Below, one piece after another: positions 10,042 through 19,795 of a stretch of 64,000 nucleotides of DNA. The position numbers and the translations under genes are program-made. Numbering within the stretch: position 1 is the first letter of the stretch; each line of letters opens with the position of its first letter. The stretch spans positions 928,001 to 992,000 of the forward strand of contig CAVYTA010000006.1 of the NCBI GenBank assembly GCA_963771355.1, in the 5' to 3' direction. Under the pieces are notes generated by a model, which saw only the letters and a list, made by a program, of their open reading frames with translations, was not told the origin of the DNA and ran no database searches. This DNA is from an uncultured Candidatus Rokubacteria bacterium (lineage in GTDB: Bacteria > Methylomirabilota > Methylomirabilia > Rokubacteriales > CSP1-6).

Positions 10042-11339
10042 TGCGCGCGCTCTACTCACTGGTCCTGGTCCTGGCGCTCGTCGTCTACGCACCCTTCGCC
10101 GTGCTGAAGCGGCTCCTGCGCCGCGGGCACCCGCTCAACCTCCGCCAGCGCCTGGGGCATATCGCAAGGGGCCTGCCCCCCGAGCCTCGCTGCTGGGTGC
10201 ACGCAGTCTCGGTGGGCGAAGCGATCACCGCGATCCCGCTGGTCGAAGCAATCCGCCGCCGCTGGCCCGAGCTCGCGGTGGTGTTGACCACGGTCACCCC
10301 CACCGGCGCGCGCATCGTGGTGGACCGGCTCTCGCCGGTGGCCACCCACCGTTATTTCCCGCTCGACCTGCCGGGCCCCGTGCAGCGCGCGCTCGGCGCC
10401 ATCAAGCCGCGCTTCTTCATCGGCATGGAGACCGAGCTCTGGCCGAACTTCCTGGGCGCCCTGGCGGGCCGTGGCATTCCGAGCATGATTGCCAACGGGC
10501 GCATCTCCGACCGGTCGTTCCGGCGTTACCGCTGGGTGCCCTTCCTCACCCGCCGCATGCTCGCCTCCGTCACCGTGTTCGGCATGCAGTCGCAGGAGGA
10601 CGCGCGCCGCATCATTGCCCTGGGCGCCTCGCCGGAACGCGTGGTGGTGACGGGCAGCCTCAAGACGGACGCCGAGCCGGAAAGCGCGGGAAACCGCGAG
10701 CTGTGGGAGAAGCTGCTCCGCCTCGCTCCCGTCGAGCGGGTGTGGGTGGCGGGGAGCACCCATCGGGGGGAGGAAGAGATCGTGGCCGAGGTCTTCGGTC
10801 GCCTCCGGCCGGACCATCCCGACCTCGTGCTCGTGCTGGCTCCCCGTCACCCCGAGCGCGTGACCGAGGTGGAGCGCCTCCTGGCCGGCCGGGGCCTGGC
10901 CGCGGTGCGCCGGAGCCAGCTGCCCACCGCGCGAAGGGGTCAGCCCGTGATCATCCTCGATACGGTGGGCGAGCTGGCGCGCCTGTATCGGCTGGCCGAG
11001 GTGGTCTTCGTGGGGGGCAGCCTGGTGCCCACGGGGGGGCATAATATGCTGGAGCCGGCGCTGCGGGCGAAGCCCGTGCTCTTCGGCCCCTATACGAGCA
11101 ACTTCCGCGACAGCGCCGAGCTGATGCTGGAGGCAGGCGCCGCGCGGCGGGTGGCCGACGCGGCGGGGCTCGAGACGGAGCTTCGGGTGCTACTGGAGAA
11201 GCCGGACCTCGCCCGGGCCATGGGCGAGGCGGGCTTCCAGGCGGTGATCCGGCGGCAGGGCGGGGTGCGGGCCACGCTCGAGCTGGTGGAGCGATATCTG
11301 GCGGCGGAGGAGAGCGGCGAGCGACATGGCGAGCGGTGA
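10038..11339 (+). CDS. waaA: Kdo transferase
   Basis: WVHAVSVGE, ETELWPN, NGRIS, GSTH.GEE, APRHPER, GGHNMLEP. Confidence 0.95.
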   Translation: MMRALYSLVLVLALVVYAPFAVLKRLLRRGHPLNLRQRLGHIARGLPPEPRCWVHAVSVGEAITAIPLVEAIRRRWPELAVVLTTVTPTGARIVVDRLSPVATHRYFPLDLPGPVQRALGAIKPRFFIGMETELWPNFLGALAGRGIPSMIANGRISDRSFRRYRWVPFLTRRMLASVTVFGMQSQEDARRIIALGASPERVVVTGSLKTDAEPESAGNRELWEKLLRLAPVERVWVAGSTHRGEEEIVAEVFGRLRPDHPDLVLVLAPRHPERVTEVERLLAGRGLAAVRRSQLPTARRGQPVIILDTVGELARLYRLAEVVFVGGSLVPTGGHNMLEPALRAKPVLFGPYTSNFRDSAELMLEAGAARRVADAAGLETELRVLLEKPDLARAMGEAGFQAVIRRQGGVRATLELVERYLAAEESGERHGER

Positions 11340-12504
11340 AATCGCGAGGAACGAGACGGGAAGGGGACGCGCGAGCAGCGAGTCCGTGGTGCGTCTACGC
11401 CGGGACCCCGAGGGCTGGCTACGGAGCGCGTGGGAAGAGGGAACCCACCCCGTGCTGGCGGCAGGCCTCAGCACGCTCTCCTTTGGTTATCGCGCGGCCT
11501 TGCTGGTCCGCGGGCTGTCCTACGACTGGCGCCTGCTCTCCACTCGGCGTCTGCCCTGTCCGGTAGTCTCGCTCGGCAACTTGACCGTGGGCGGCAGCGG
11601 CAAGACCCCGCTGGTCGAGCTGGCGGCGCTCACGCTGGTCGCCCTCGGTGCCGCCCCCGCCGTGGTGAGCCGCGGTTATGGCCGCTCGACGCGCGGCGTC
11701 TACGTGGTGGCCGACCGTCAGAGCGTGCGGCTCGGGGCACGGGGGGCAGGGGACGAGCCCCTGCTCCTGGCCGAGCGGCTGCCCGGGATCCCCGTGGTGG
11801 TGGGCGAGAACCGTTTCGAGGCCGGGCGCCACGCGGTGGAAACCCTCGGTGCCTCCGTCATCGTGCTCGACGATGGCTTCCAGAATCGCACCATCGCCAA
11901 GTCCCTCGAGATCCTGGTGGTGAGCGCCCGCTCGCCGTGGGGCAATGGCCGTCTCTTTCCAAGCGGTCGCTTGCGCGAGCCCCTCTCCGCACTCCAACGG
12001 GCCCAGCTGGTGGTCGTCACCAATCCGCGCGGGGACGAGGACGTGGAGGCAGTGACGCGCGCGCTGCGGCTGCACGATTCGCCCGCGCCCGTGGCCTCCG
12101 CGCGGTACGAGCCCGTCGAGGCACGCCGCGCCGAGGACGGCGCACGCCTGCCCCTCGCGGACCTGGCGCGGCGGCGGCTGCTCGCCTTCGGCGGGCTCGC
12201 CGCCCCGCGCTCCTTCATGGAAACCGCGCAGGCCCTGGGCATCCCGCTGGCGGGCTTCATCGAGTTCGGCGACCATCACTGGTATACCGACGGCGATCTC
12301 GCGGAGGTGGCGCGGCGGGCGGCGCTCGCGGGCGCCGAGGGCCTCATCACGACCGAGAAGGACGCGATGCGCCTCCGCGATCTCGCGCTGCCGCGCCTCC
12401 CGCTCTGGATCCTCTCGGTGCGCATGGTGCTCGCGACCGGCCAGGCCGCGTGGGTGAACGCGCTCCGCCAGGTCGCCGCACCCGCGCGAACCGGGGGGCA
12501 ATGA
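11326..12504 (+). CDS. lpxK: Tetraacyldisaccharide 4'-kinase (start may be slightly downstream)
   Basis: GNLTVGGSGKTP, SRGYG, GDEP, LDDGFQ, DHH.Y, TTEKD. Confidence 0.94.
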   Translation: MASGEIARNETGRGRASSESVVRLRRDPEGWLRSAWEEGTHPVLAAGLSTLSFGYRAALLVRGLSYDWRLLSTRRLPCPVVSLGNLTVGGSGKTPLVELAALTLVALGAAPAVVSRGYGRSTRGVYVVADRQSVRLGARGAGDEPLLLAERLPGIPVVVGENRFEAGRHAVETLGASVIVLDDGFQNRTIAKSLEILVVSARSPWGNGRLFPSGRLREPLSALQRAQLVVVTNPRGDEDVEAVTRALRLHDSPAPVASARYEPVEARRAEDGARLPLADLARRRLLAFGGLAAPRSFMETAQALGIPLAGFIEFGDHHWYTDGDLAEVARRAALAGAEGLITTEKDAMRLRDLALPRLPLWILSVRMVLATGQAAWVNALRQVAAPARTGGQ

Positions 12505-13502
12505 GCGCGGGCGCGGCGCCCGCCGTCGTCGTGCGCGCGCCCAACTGGCTGGGCGACACCGTGATGGCGCAACCGGCCCTGGCCGCCCTTCGCGCGGGCG
12601 CGCCGGACGCCACCATCACCGTGGTGGGCCGCTGGGCCTCCGTGCTGCGCGGGCAGGGCATGGCCGACGCGCTCCTGGACTATCCCGGCGACGGCGGGCG
12701 GGGCCGTTTCGCCCGGGCGCTGGCCGGGGCGCGGCCCGATGTCGCGCTCATCCTGCCGAATTCCTTCGAGGCCGCGCGCGCGGCCCGCCGCTGGCGTGCG
12801 CGCCGCCGCGTGGGCTTCGACACGGACGCGCGCGGCGCGCTGCTCACCGACCGGGTCCCGCTGCCCGAGCCGCGCCGCCATCAGGTGGACGAGTACCGGC
12901 TGCTCGTGGAGGCGCTCGGCATGTCCGCACCCGCGGTGGAACCCCGGCTGTGCCCGCCCTGCGAGCCCGCGCTCGAGGCCGAGGCAGAGGCGCTGCTCGC
13001 CGGTGCCGTATCCGCGGGGGTCCCGCGAGTCGGACTGCATCTCGGCGCCGCCGGAGGCCCCGCCAAGCGTTGGGCAGTGGCGGCCTGGGCAGAGCTGGCG
13101 GAACGTCTCATTCACGATCGGCTCGCCCCGGTGCTGCTCGGCGGTCCCGGGGATGTTGCCGCCGCCGCCGCCGTCCTCCGGCTCGCCGGGCGGGCGCCCG
13201 CGTCGCTGGTGGGCCGCGACCGGCCGGCGCTGCTGCCGCATCTCCTGACGCGGCTTCAGTGCCTCGTGAGCGCGGACACCGGCGTCGCGCACCTGGCCGC
13301 CGCGCTCGGCACCGCCACCGTCACGCTCTTCGGCTCCACCGACCCGAGGCTGAGCGCGCCGCGATCTTCCCGTGCTCTCGTGGTGGCTCCGGGGGCCCCG
13401 TGCGCGCCGTGCTTTCTCGCGGAGTGTCCCATCGAGCATCCCTGCATGCGCGCCATCACCGCCGAGGCCGTCGTGGTCCGCGTGCGGGCCGCCGTCGCGT
13501 GA
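12501..13502 (+). CDS. waaF: LPS heptosyltransferase II (GT9)
   Basis: PNWLGDTVM, LPNSF, AKRW, DTG.AHLAAA, C-terminal CAPC..C..HPCM. Confidence 0.85.
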   Translation: MSAGAAPAVVVRAPNWLGDTVMAQPALAALRAGAPDATITVVGRWASVLRGQGMADALLDYPGDGGRGRFARALAGARPDVALILPNSFEAARAARRWRARRRVGFDTDARGALLTDRVPLPEPRRHQVDEYRLLVEALGMSAPAVEPRLCPPCEPALEAEAEALLAGAVSAGVPRVGLHLGAAGGPAKRWAVAAWAELAERLIHDRLAPVLLGGPGDVAAAAAVLRLAGRAPASLVGRDRPALLPHLLTRLQCLVSADTGVAHLAAALGTATVTLFGSTDPRLSAPRSSRALVVAPGAPCAPCFLAECPIEHPCMRAITAEAVVVRVRAAVA

Positions 13503-14665
13503 AGACGGTCCTGCATACCGAGTCCTCTCCCGGACTGGGAGGGCAGGAGATCAGGACGCTCACCGAGGCGGGCTGGATCGCCGAGCGGGGGTGGCGCGTG
13601 CTCATCGCGGCCCAGCCCCACGGCCGGCTGCTGCCCCGCGCGCGGGAGCTCGGGCTCGCGGTGGTGGCGCAGCGGATGCGCGGGGCCTGGGACCCCGGCG
13701 CCCTCCTCGGCCTCGTCCAGCTGATCCGTCGGGAGCAGATCGACGTCGTGCACACGCACAGCTCCATCGACGGCTGGCTGGGGGGCATGGCGGCGCGGTT
13801 GACCGGCCGGCCCGTGCTGCGCACCCGGCACGTGTCCATTCCCATCCGCCGCGGCCTCAATCCGGTGTATCGGTGGCTGGCCGACCGCGTGATCACGAGC
13901 GGGGAGGCCATCCGCCAGCTCGTGATCGCCGCCGGCGTACCGCCCGCGCGCGTGGTGGCCATTCCCGCCGGCGTCAAGCTCGACGACTTCGCGGACGGGG
14001 AAGGGGGCGAGGTGGTGCTCCGCTCGCTCGGGCTCGCGGGAGGGCCCCCGCCCGGCGGCCCGACGCCCGGCCCCGACGTTGATCCCATCCGGGGTCCCAT
14101 CCGGAGCAGCCGGGGTCCCATCATCGGGTCGGTGGCCATGTTCCGCGGCTCCAAGGGGCATGACCATCTCCTGGATGCCTTCTCGCGCGTGCACGCCCGG
14201 CGGCCCGACGCCCGACTCCTGCTCGTCGGCGACGGCGGCCGGCGCGAGTGGGCGGAGCGCTTGGCGCGCGAGCGTGGCCTGAGCGAGGCGGTGGTCTTCA
14301 CGGGTTTTCGCACCGACGTGCCCGCGTTGCTCGCGGCCATGGACTGCTTCGTGCTGGCCTCCACGCGCACGGAGGGCGTGCCCCAGTCGCTGCTCCAGGC
14401 CGCCGCGGCCGGCATCCCCCTGGTGGCGAGCCGCATCGGCGGCATCCCCGAGGTGGTGGAGGACGGCGTCACCGGTCTCCTCGTCTCGCCCGAGGACCCC
14501 GCCGCCCTCGCGGCGGCGATCGAGCAGACGCTCGCGGATCCCGCCGCCGCCGCGGCGCGCGCCCGTGCCGGCCGCAAGCGCGCCGAGGAGCGCTTCTCGC
14601 ATTCAGTGGCCATGACCCGGCTGCTCGCGCTCTACGACGAGCTGCTCGCCGCGCGGGGGCGCTGA
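13499..14665 (+). CDS. Glycosyltransferase family 4
   Basis: GGQE, HTHSS.D, KGH, EGVPQSLLQA, GGIPE; carries a Pro/Gly-rich insertion. Confidence 0.88.
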   Translation: MKTVLHTESSPGLGGQEIRTLTEAGWIAERGWRVLIAAQPHGRLLPRARELGLAVVAQRMRGAWDPGALLGLVQLIRREQIDVVHTHSSIDGWLGGMAARLTGRPVLRTRHVSIPIRRGLNPVYRWLADRVITSGEAIRQLVIAAGVPPARVVAIPAGVKLDDFADGEGGEVVLRSLGLAGGPPPGGPTPGPDVDPIRGPIRSSRGPIIGSVAMFRGSKGHDHLLDAFSRVHARRPDARLLLVGDGGRREWAERLARERGLSEAVVFTGFRTDVPALLAAMDCFVLASTRTEGVPQSLLQAAAAGIPLVASRIGGIPEVVEDGVTGLLVSPEDPAALAAAIEQTLADPAAAAARARAGRKRAEERFSHSVAMTRLLALYDELLAARGR

Positions 14666-15814
14666 GTGGCGGCACCGGCGCACCGGCGCCTCCGCGTGCT
14701 CCACCTCGTCGCCAATCGCTGGTGGACGGGGAGCGCGGACCCCGTGATCCGGCTGGTGCGAGGGCTCGAAGCGCGCGGCCACCAGGTCCGGCTGGCGCTG
14801 GTGCCCGGGGATCGCTTCGAGGCCAAGGCGCGGGAGGCCGGCATCGAGCCGGTGGCGGGGCTGTCGCTCGACGTGAAGAGCGCGCCGTGGTCCTGGGCCC
14901 GCGATCTGGCGCGGCTGCGCGCTCTCGTGCGGCACGACGCCGTCGACGTGATCCACACCCACCACTCGCACGATCACTGGCTGGGCGCCCTGTCCCGCGG
15001 CGGGGCCGCGCTGGCGCGCACATTCCACAACCACCGCGCGGTGAAGCGGGGGCTCCTGCGGCGCGCGCTCTACCGGCACACCGACGCCGTGCTCGTGGTG
15101 AGCCGCCAGATCGAGGACCGGTGCCGGCTGGCCGGCATCCGTCCCGAGCGCATCTTCCGCGTCAGCGGAGTCATCGATCTGCTCCGCTTCACCGAGAACG
15201 CTGACCCGGCCGGGGTCCGCGGCGAGCTCGGCCTCGACGGCGGCGCGCCAGCGGGCCCCGTCATCGGGACCGTCGCGCGGCTCGCCCACAATCGCGGCCA
15301 CGAGGTGCTCATCCGGGGCTTCCGCCGGCTGCTGCCGCGCTATCCGCGCGCCCGGCTCCTGCTGGTCGGTAAGGGCGAGGCCCGGCCTCGCCTCGAGGCG
15401 CTGGTGCGCGAGCTCGCGCTCGAGCGGGAAATTCTCTTCACCGGCTATCGGGACGCGGATCTCCCCGCCGTGCTCAACGCGCTCGACGCCTTCGTGCTCA
15501 TGGGCGCGGGCTCGGACGAGTCGTGCCGGGCGGCCTTGGAGGCCATGGCCGCCGGGCGCCCGGTGGTGGCCCGAAGGGTCGGCGCGCTGCCGGAGGTGGT
15601 AGAACAGGGGGTGACCGGTCTCCTGGTGGACGACGAGCGGCCCGAATCGGTGGAGGCCGCGCTGGCGACCCTGGCCGGCGATCCGGAGCGGGCGCGGCGC
15701 ATGGGCGAAGCCGGACGCCGGCGCGCGGTGGAAGCGTTCAGCCCGGAGCATCACGCGGAAGAGGTGGAGACCATCTATCTCGAGATCCTGAGGCGTCGGG
15801 GCCGCGCGTCGTGA
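14666..15814 (+). CDS. Glycosyltransferase family 4
   Basis: GT-B fold motifs HTHHSHD, DESCRAALEAMAAGRPVVA. Confidence 0.87.
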   Translation: MAAPAHRRLRVLHLVANRWWTGSADPVIRLVRGLEARGHQVRLALVPGDRFEAKAREAGIEPVAGLSLDVKSAPWSWARDLARLRALVRHDAVDVIHTHHSHDHWLGALSRGGAALARTFHNHRAVKRGLLRRALYRHTDAVLVVSRQIEDRCRLAGIRPERIFRVSGVIDLLRFTENADPAGVRGELGLDGGAPAGPVIGTVARLAHNRGHEVLIRGFRRLLPRYPRARLLLVGKGEARPRLEALVRELALEREILFTGYRDADLPAVLNALDAFVLMGAGSDESCRAALEAMAAGRPVVARRVGALPEVVEQGVTGLLVDDERPESVEAALATLAGDPERARRMGEAGRRRAVEAFSPEHHAEEVETIYLEILRRRGRAS

Positions 15815-16944
15815 GGATCCTCCATCTCATGTCGTGCCGGGGCTGGTCCTCGGATGCCTACTGGGCGGCCCGGGTGAGCGTGGAGCTCGAGCGCGCTGGG
15901 CATCAGGTCATCCTCGCCTGCCGCCTCGGTACCGAGGATCAGGTGATCGACCGGGCGCGCGCGGCGGGGGTCCGGCATATCGAGACCCTGAGCTTCCAGG
16001 GCGGCCTGAAGCCCCCATCCGACGCCGCCGACCTGCGGCGGCTGCGCCGGTGGCTGTCCGACGTCGACGTGATCCACGTGCACCGGGGCAAGGAGCACTG
16101 GCTGGCCGCCATCGCCAATCGCCTCGCGAAGAAGCCGCGGCCCCTGGTGCGCACGCGTCACATCGTCCAGGCCGTACGGCCGCACGCGCTGAACCGATGG
16201 CTGTACCGAAAGGCCACCGGCCTCACCGTCACGGTGACCGAGGCGATCCGCCGGCAGTACCTGGCCGCGGAGCTCGCCCCGCCCGAGCGCGTGCTCGCGC
16301 TCCCGGGCGGCGTGGACGCGGAGACCTTTCGTCCCGGCCGCGACGCGCGGCCCTTTCGCCGAGCCATTGGACTGGCTGGTGACGGACCGCTGATCGGGCT
16401 ACTGGGCGGGTTCCGGGTCATGAAGGGCCAGCTCTTCGCGCTGGAGGCGGTGGAGCGGCTGGCGCGTACGGGCCGGTCGTTTCACATGGCGCTGGTGGGG
16501 AGCGGTGCGTTCGACCTGACTATCCGTACCGCGCGAGCGCGAGCGGGGCTCAGCGAGCGCGTGGCCATCGTGGACGACGAGACGGATCCGGTGGAGGCGG
16601 TGGCCGCCTTCGACGTGGCACTCTACGTGCCGCTCGAGTCGGACGGGATGTCGCGTGTGCTCCTGGAGTATCTGGCGGCCGGCCGCGCGGTGGTCGCGAG
16701 CCGCGTGGGGGTGGTGCCCGAGGTGCTGACCGATGGCGAGAACGCCCTGCTGGTGCCGGCGGGGGAGCCGGGACCACTCGCCGAGGCCATCGGGCGGCTC
16801 CTGGGCGACGCCGCTCTCCGCGCGCGGCTGGGAGGGGCGGCCCGCGCGCTGGTCGAGCGACGTCTGTCGGGCGCGCGGGTCGCCCAGACGCTCGCTGCTC
16901 GCTACGCGACACTCGCCTCGGCCCGTCCGGGTCGCCGCGCGTGA
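15811..16944 (+). CDS. Glycosyltransferase family 4
   Basis: VRTRH, KGQ, DGMSRVLLEYLAAGRAVVAS. Confidence 0.87.
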   Translation: MRILHLMSCRGWSSDAYWAARVSVELERAGHQVILACRLGTEDQVIDRARAAGVRHIETLSFQGGLKPPSDAADLRRLRRWLSDVDVIHVHRGKEHWLAAIANRLAKKPRPLVRTRHIVQAVRPHALNRWLYRKATGLTVTVTEAIRRQYLAAELAPPERVLALPGGVDAETFRPGRDARPFRRAIGLAGDGPLIGLLGGFRVMKGQLFALEAVERLARTGRSFHMALVGSGAFDLTIRTARARAGLSERVAIVDDETDPVEAVAAFDVALYVPLESDGMSRVLLEYLAAGRAVVASRVGVVPEVLTDGENALLVPAGEPGPLAEAIGRLLGDAALRARLGGAARALVERRLSGARVAQTLAARYATLASARPGRRA

Positions 16945-18080
16945 AGGTCTCCGTCCTCTGCTTCGACCTCTCCGACAATGCGGTGGGGCGGGCGCACCTT
17001 CTCGCGCAGCTGCTGGCGCCCATCGCGGAGGTCGAGGTGGTCGGCCCCCGTGACGGCCCGGGCGTCTGGGCGCCGGTGGCCGCCGACGGGGTGCGCTACG
17101 TCGCGCGGCCGGGCGGCCGGCTGCCACGCTTCGTGGGGACGATTCCCGCGCTGCTCCGCGCCGCCGACGGCGATCTCCTGTACGCGTCCAAGCCGCGCCT
17201 CGGCTCCGCGGGCATCGGTCATCTCAAGCGACTGCTCGGCCGGCGGCCGCTGCTGCTCGACATCGACGACTGGGAAGTGGGCTTCTTCCTCCGGGGGGGC
17301 ACCTGGGGCACCGTCGGCCGCGCGCTGAACCTGGGCAGCCCCAAGGGGCTGCCGTGGACGTGGCTGATGGAGCGTGCGGCGCGCGCCGCCGACGGCATCA
17401 CCGTGGCCTCACGATTTCTCCAGGACCGCTTCGGCGGCGTCCTCATCCCGCACGTGCGAGACACCGACGCGTGGCGCCCCGGGCTCGACGATCCAGCGGC
17501 CCTCCGAGCGCGCCTGGCGCCGCGAGGCGCGTGCCTCGTCATGTTCCTCGGCACCGCGCGCGAGTACAAGGGCGTGGACGATCTCATCGCGGCGATGGAA
17601 GGCCTCCGCCGCCGGGACCTCGCGCTGGCGCTCGTGGGGACGGATCCCGCGAGCCTCGGCGGACGGCGGCTCCTCGCGCGCTATCCGGGCCTGCGGCTCG
17701 TCCCGCCGATCCCGTTCGCCGAGGTACCGCGCTATGTGGAGGCGGCGGACGTGATCGCGATACCCCAGCGGGACAGCCCGGACACCCGCGGTCAGGTGCC
17801 GGCCAAGCTCTTCGACGCCATGGCGATGGCACGGCCCATCGTCTCCACCCGCGTCTCCATGATCCCCGAGATCCTCGAGGGCTGCGGGCTGGTGGTGCCG
17901 CCGAGCGACCCCGCCGCGCTCGGCGCCGCCATCGCGCGCCTCGCCGACGACCGCGCGCTGGCGGTGGAGCTGGGGGCACGGGCTCGGGCGCGCTGCGTCG
18001 CGCGCTATAGCTTCACGGCCGCCCGACGCGACCTGTTTCCCCTGGTGACGGGGCTGGTCGAGCGCCCGACTCCCCGGTGA
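16941..18080 (+). CDS. Glycosyltransferase family 4
   Basis: DIDDWE, YKGVDDL, PAKLFDAMAMARPIV. Confidence 0.85.
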   Translation: MKVSVLCFDLSDNAVGRAHLLAQLLAPIAEVEVVGPRDGPGVWAPVAADGVRYVARPGGRLPRFVGTIPALLRAADGDLLYASKPRLGSAGIGHLKRLLGRRPLLLDIDDWEVGFFLRGGTWGTVGRALNLGSPKGLPWTWLMERAARAADGITVASRFLQDRFGGVLIPHVRDTDAWRPGLDDPAALRARLAPRGACLVMFLGTAREYKGVDDLIAAMEGLRRRDLALALVGTDPASLGGRRLLARYPGLRLVPPIPFAEVPRYVEAADVIAIPQRDSPDTRGQVPAKLFDAMAMARPIVSTRVSMIPEILEGCGLVVPPSDPAALGAAIARLADDRALAVELGARARARCVARYSFTAARRDLFPLVTGLVERPTPR

Positions 18081-19180
18081 ATCTCGCCCTCATCTGCCGC
18101 CCGTTCGTTTTTCATGGGGGGGTCGAGACCGCCACCGCGGGGCTGGTGGGCGAGTTGGCGAGGCGCGGCCACGCCGTGGACCTCCTGACCACGCGCGCCC
18201 AGCGGCCCCTTCCCGGCGTCACCGTACGCCTGCTGCCGATGCTCCCCGTGCCGCGCCTCGCGCGAGTGCTCATCTTCGGCCTCGCTGCCCGCGCGGCCAC
18301 GCGCGGGCGCGGCTATGACGTCGTGCAGAGCCATGAGCGCACGCTCGCCGCCGATATCTACCGCGCCGGTGAAGGAACCCACCGGGGCTATCTCGAAGCC
18401 ATGGGGCGTGCCCATCGACAGAGTTCTTACCATCGGCTCCTTATCTATCTAGAAAGACGCTTGTTTCAGCTTCGATCGGCTCAGGCCATCGTGGCCATCT
18501 CCGCCGGGGGGAAAGCCGAGATCGAGCGGCTGTACGGGACGCCGCCTGACCGCGTGACCCTGATCTACAACGGCGTGGATCTCGTGCGCTTCACGCCGGA
18601 CAATCGGGCCCTCCATCGGGCCGCGATGCGCGCCGAGCTCGGCGTGGACGCAGCCGACTGGTGCGTGCTCTTCGTCGGCTCCGGCTTCGAGCGCAAGGGC
18701 CTGGGACCGCTCGTGGAGGCGCTCGCGTCCATCGGCGACCGTCGCGCGCGCCTGATCGTGGCGGGCAAGGGGAACCACGCCCCGTATGCGGCCCAGGCGG
18801 AGAGGCTCGGCCTGCGCGACCGCGTCGTCTGGACCGGGCCGCGCCCCGACGTGGACCGGCTCTACGCCGCCGCCGACCTTGTCGCGCTCCCGGCGCGTTA
18901 CGAGCCCTTCGGCAACGTACACCTCGAGGCCCTCGCCTCGGGTGTTCCCATGCTGTCGAGCGTGCACGCGGGCGGCGCCGAGCTCATCCGGAACGGCGTC
19001 AACGGCTGGGTGGCCGAGGAGGTGAGCGGCCCGCGTATCGCCGAGGGCCTCGAGCGGCTGCGCTCGGCGGACGCAAAAACCCTCGCCGCCCAGGCCCGCG
19101 CCTCGGCGGAACCGTACCCCTATGCCGCCCAGGCCGAGCGGTTCGAGGCCCTGTATCGCCGAAACCCCGCTTTTCATTGA
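18077..19180 (+). CDS. Glycosyltransferase family 4, WaaG/RfaG-like
   Basis: HGGVE, QSHER, GSGFERKG, YEPFGNVHLEALASG. Confidence 0.87.
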   Translation: MNLALICRPFVFHGGVETATAGLVGELARRGHAVDLLTTRAQRPLPGVTVRLLPMLPVPRLARVLIFGLAARAATRGRGYDVVQSHERTLAADIYRAGEGTHRGYLEAMGRAHRQSSYHRLLIYLERRLFQLRSAQAIVAISAGGKAEIERLYGTPPDRVTLIYNGVDLVRFTPDNRALHRAAMRAELGVDAADWCVLFVGSGFERKGLGPLVEALASIGDRRARLIVAGKGNHAPYAAQAERLGLRDRVVWTGPRPDVDRLYAAADLVALPARYEPFGNVHLEALASGVPMLSSVHAGGAELIRNGVNGWVAEEVSGPRIAEGLERLRSADAKTLAAQARASAEPYPYAAQAERFEALYRRNPAFH

Positions 19181-19205
19181 ACCTTCGCCGGGGGAGCATT
19201 ACACT
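19177..19205 (+). promoter_or_regulatory. Putative sigma70 promoter for gmhB
   Basis: TTGAAC (19177-82), 17-bp spacer, TACACT (19200-05); ATG lies 8 nt downstream. Confidence 0.55.
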
Positions 19206-19213
19206 TTCCCTCG

Positions 19214-19795
19214 ATGCCGCACCGCGCCGCCGTCTTCATCGACCGCGACGGCTGCCTCACCGAGGAGGTGGGGTATGTCAATCACGTCAGCCGTATCCGC
19301 CTCCTGCCCCGCACCGCGGAGGCCGTCCGGCGGCTGAATGGGGCCGGCGTGCCGGCGGTCATGGTCACCAATCAGGCCGGTATCGCCCGGGGCTACTTCA
19401 CGGAAGCGCTGCTGCATGCGGCAAACGCCGAGATGGTCCGGCAGCTCGCCGAGGCCGGCGCCCGGCTGGACGGGCTCTACGTGTGTCCCCATCACCCGGA
19501 CGAGGGCGAGCCGCCCTATCGCCTGGTCTGTGACTGCCGCAAGCCGCGCCCCGGTCTCCTCCAGCGCGCCGCGCGCGAGCTGCGCCTCGACCTCGCGGGC
19601 TCGGTGATGGTGGGTGACAAGATCTCCGACGTGGCGGTGGGCCAGTCCGTGGGCGCGGCGGGCGTGCTGGTCCTCACCGGATACGGACGCGGGGAGTGGG
19701 AGCATCAGCGGGCGCAGTGGACGAGCAAGCCCGATCATGTCGCCGAGGACCTGCTCGACGCGGTCGATTGGGCGCTGGCGCGCCGGCACGCCTGA
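19214..19795 (+). CDS. gmhB: D,D-heptose 1,7-bisphosphate phosphatase
   Basis: FIDRDG, TNQAGI, CPHHP, CDCRKP.PG, VGDKISD. Confidence 0.93.
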   Translation: MPHRAAVFIDRDGCLTEEVGYVNHVSRIRLLPRTAEAVRRLNGAGVPAVMVTNQAGIARGYFTEALLHAANAEMVRQLAEAGARLDGLYVCPHHPDEGEPPYRLVCDCRKPRPGLLQRAARELRLDLAGSVMVGDKISDVAVGQSVGAAGVLVLTGYGRGEWEHQRAQWTSKPDHVAEDLLDAVDWALARRHA

